Below are positions 15,746 to 16,983 of a stretch of 16,983 nucleotides of DNA, in pieces. The stretch comes from an uncultured Oscillospiraceae bacterium (lineage in GTDB: Bacteria; Bacillota; Clostridia; UBA1212; SIG427). Position 1 is the stretch's first letter. The number at the start of each line of letters is the position of its first letter. The stretch spans positions 1-16,983 of the forward strand of contig CABQMV010000029.1 of NCBI GenBank assembly GCA_902465325.1. Direction: 5' to 3'. A model generated the notes under the pieces. That model worked only from the letters and a program-made list of their open reading frames with translations, was not told where the DNA came from and made no database searches. Position numbers and translations under genes: made by a program.

Positions 15746-16397
15746 AGAGAACCTTCATGCAGTCTGGCTGCTCTTTTGGCCTCTGCAGATTATATGGTAT
15801 GCAATACTGGAATCCAATGCCCGTGAAATGCCTCGCTTTTTCACGGTGCATTCTTTTATAGACGATTGGATTCCTTTTATTCCTTGGTTTGTGATTTTCT
15901 ATCTTTTGTGGTATGTCTATATTGCCGTGGGAATGTTGTATTTTACATTTGTAGAAAAAGAGGGCTTTCGCAGGCTGATTGTTTTTCTTTATACAGAGAT
16001 TTTTCTGTGCCTTTTGTTTTGTACTATGTTTCCTAACGGCCATGATATGAGGCCGGTTCTGGCAGGACGCACGGATCTTTTCAGTAATTTGGTGAAGCTG
16101 ATTTACGATGCAGATCCGCACTGTGTTACGGTTATGCCCAGTATGCATGTAATGAATGCGGTTGCCATAACGGCTGCGGTTACAAAGAGCAAGCGCTTGT
16201 CCCATAAAAAGGGGCTTGTCTGGGGCTGCTGGATTTTTACTTTTCTGGTAGCTCTGTCTACTGTTTTTATTAAGCAGCATTCTATACTGGATGTGGCTGT
16301 TGCTGCAGTTGTGTGTGTTCTGATGTATCTGCTGGCATACAGGACAGAATTTCCATTTTTTGATAAGAATAAGAGAATAGAAAGAGTAACACAATAA
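15729..16397 (+). CDS. PAP2-superfamily integral membrane phosphatase-like protein. It overlaps the 3' end of the cohesin gene by 17 nt.
   Basis: A multi-helix membrane protein carrying PAP2-like motifs (PNGHDMRP, PSMHVMNA, KQHSILDVAVA with the H-x-x-x-D spacing). Its mirror ORF on the minus strand (15726..16394) is low-complexity and I reject it. Confidence 0.65.
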   Translation: MKIRVKENLHAVWLLFWPLQIIWYAILESNAREMPRFFTVHSFIDDWIPFIPWFVIFYLLWYVYIAVGMLYFTFVEKEGFRRLIVFLYTEIFLCLLFCTMFPNGHDMRPVLAGRTDLFSNLVKLIYDADPHCVTVMPSMHVMNAVAITAAVTKSKRLSHKKGLVWGCWIFTFLVALSTVFIKQHSILDVAVAAVVCVLMYLLAYRTEFPFFDKNKRIERVTQ

Positions 16398-16436
16398 TAC
16401 CGATGTTTATATATTAAAACAAAGGTTGTGTTGCGG

Positions 16437-16983
16437 ATGAAAGCTGTTATTATGGCAGGAGGGTGTTCGGCTCAGACCGCTTACTTGCACCTTGCCAAAA
16501 CCGATGGTGCCTATAGGAGAGAAGCCTGTTATTGTTCATATTATTAATTTGCTGAAGGCACACGGGATTACCCAAATTGCAATTACGCTGAAATACTTAC
16601 CGGGATCTGTCAGAAATTATTTAGGCGACGGAAAAGAGCTGGGGGTACAGCTGGAATATTTTACTGAAGATAAGCCAATGGGAACCGCAGGCAGTGTGGC
16701 AGGCTGCCGCAGCTTTTTGTCTCCGCAGGAGGATTTTATTGTTATGAGCGGGGACAGCATGACAGATGTGGATTTAACGGAGGCAATCAGGTTCCATCGT
16801 CAGCATGGCTCTATGGCGACGCTTGTACTCACGCATTCTGATCATCCTATGGATTACGGTGTGGCTTTGACGGATCAGCATGGGCTGATTAAAGGCTTTT
16901 TGGAGAAGCCGGATTGCCGGCATCTGATGGGGGATTTGGTTAATACGGGAATTTATATACTAAACCCTTCTGTTATGAAATTT
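16437..16983 (+). CDS. Sugar-1-phosphate nucleotidyltransferase (mannose-1-phosphate guanylyltransferase-like), truncated at the window end. The N-terminal frame is disrupted near codon 10.
   Basis: ATG at 16437 gives MKAVIMAGG, the canonical N-terminus, but then runs into a stop (CSAQTAY...YY*). The +1 frame from about 16459 gives GVRLRPLTCTLPKPMVPIGEKPVIVHIINLLKAHGITQIAITL...KPMGTAGSV...VMSGD..., the G-x-G-T-R-L-R-P-L-T pyrophosphorylase fold. That implies an indel in the GGAGGGTGTT run. Confidence 0.6.

Noticed and set aside
15726-16394. 222-aa minus-strand ORF mirroring the PAP2 gene.
   Set aside because: The plus-frame product is a convincing polytopic membrane protein with PAP2-like motifs. 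The minus product is Lys/Asn/Cys-rich low complexity.
1-16983. A search for tRNA, rRNA, CRISPR repeats and IS or transposase signatures.
   Set aside because: No intergenic region is long enough or carries these signatures. The only long non-coding stretch (11472-11708) is occupied by divergent promoters.

Overview
This 17 kb window looks like chromosomal DNA from a moderate-GC Firmicute, probably a Clostridia-type organism. TAG, TAA and TGA all terminate genes here. I found no rRNA, tRNA, CRISPR array or mobile element.

Gene content, 5' to 3':
- A 3'-truncated minus-strand gene (1-1615) that fuses an ECF-like sigma-70 domain to a transmembrane helix and an extracellular DUF5050-type beta-propeller.
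- An nfeD-flotillin pair, followed by a strong rho-independent terminator.
- An alanine/glycine:cation symporter (AGCS family).
- A secreted glycoside-hydrolase-like protein carrying an N-terminal dockerin.
- A small P-loop kinase.
- A YihY/BrkB-family membrane protein (minus).
- An MsbA-like ABC exporter.
- An HdeD/DUF308 membrane protein (minus) interrupted by a single in-frame TAG.
- A consensus TTGACA-17-TATAAT promoter driving a tightly packed operon of (a) an SH3b + glucosaminidase-like peptidoglycan hydrolase with a C-terminal dockerin, (b) a membrane-anchored cohesin protein with an acidic cytoplasmic tail, and (c) a PAP2-family membrane phosphatase.
- The 5' end of a sugar-1-phosphate nucleotidyltransferase whose N-terminal frame is broken.

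The most interesting content is a non-cellulosomal cohesin-dockerin module: one membrane-anchored cohesin encoded next to two dockerin-bearing enzymes, one of them a cell-wall hydrolase. Every functional call comes from reading motifs in the translations by eye; I ran no database search.
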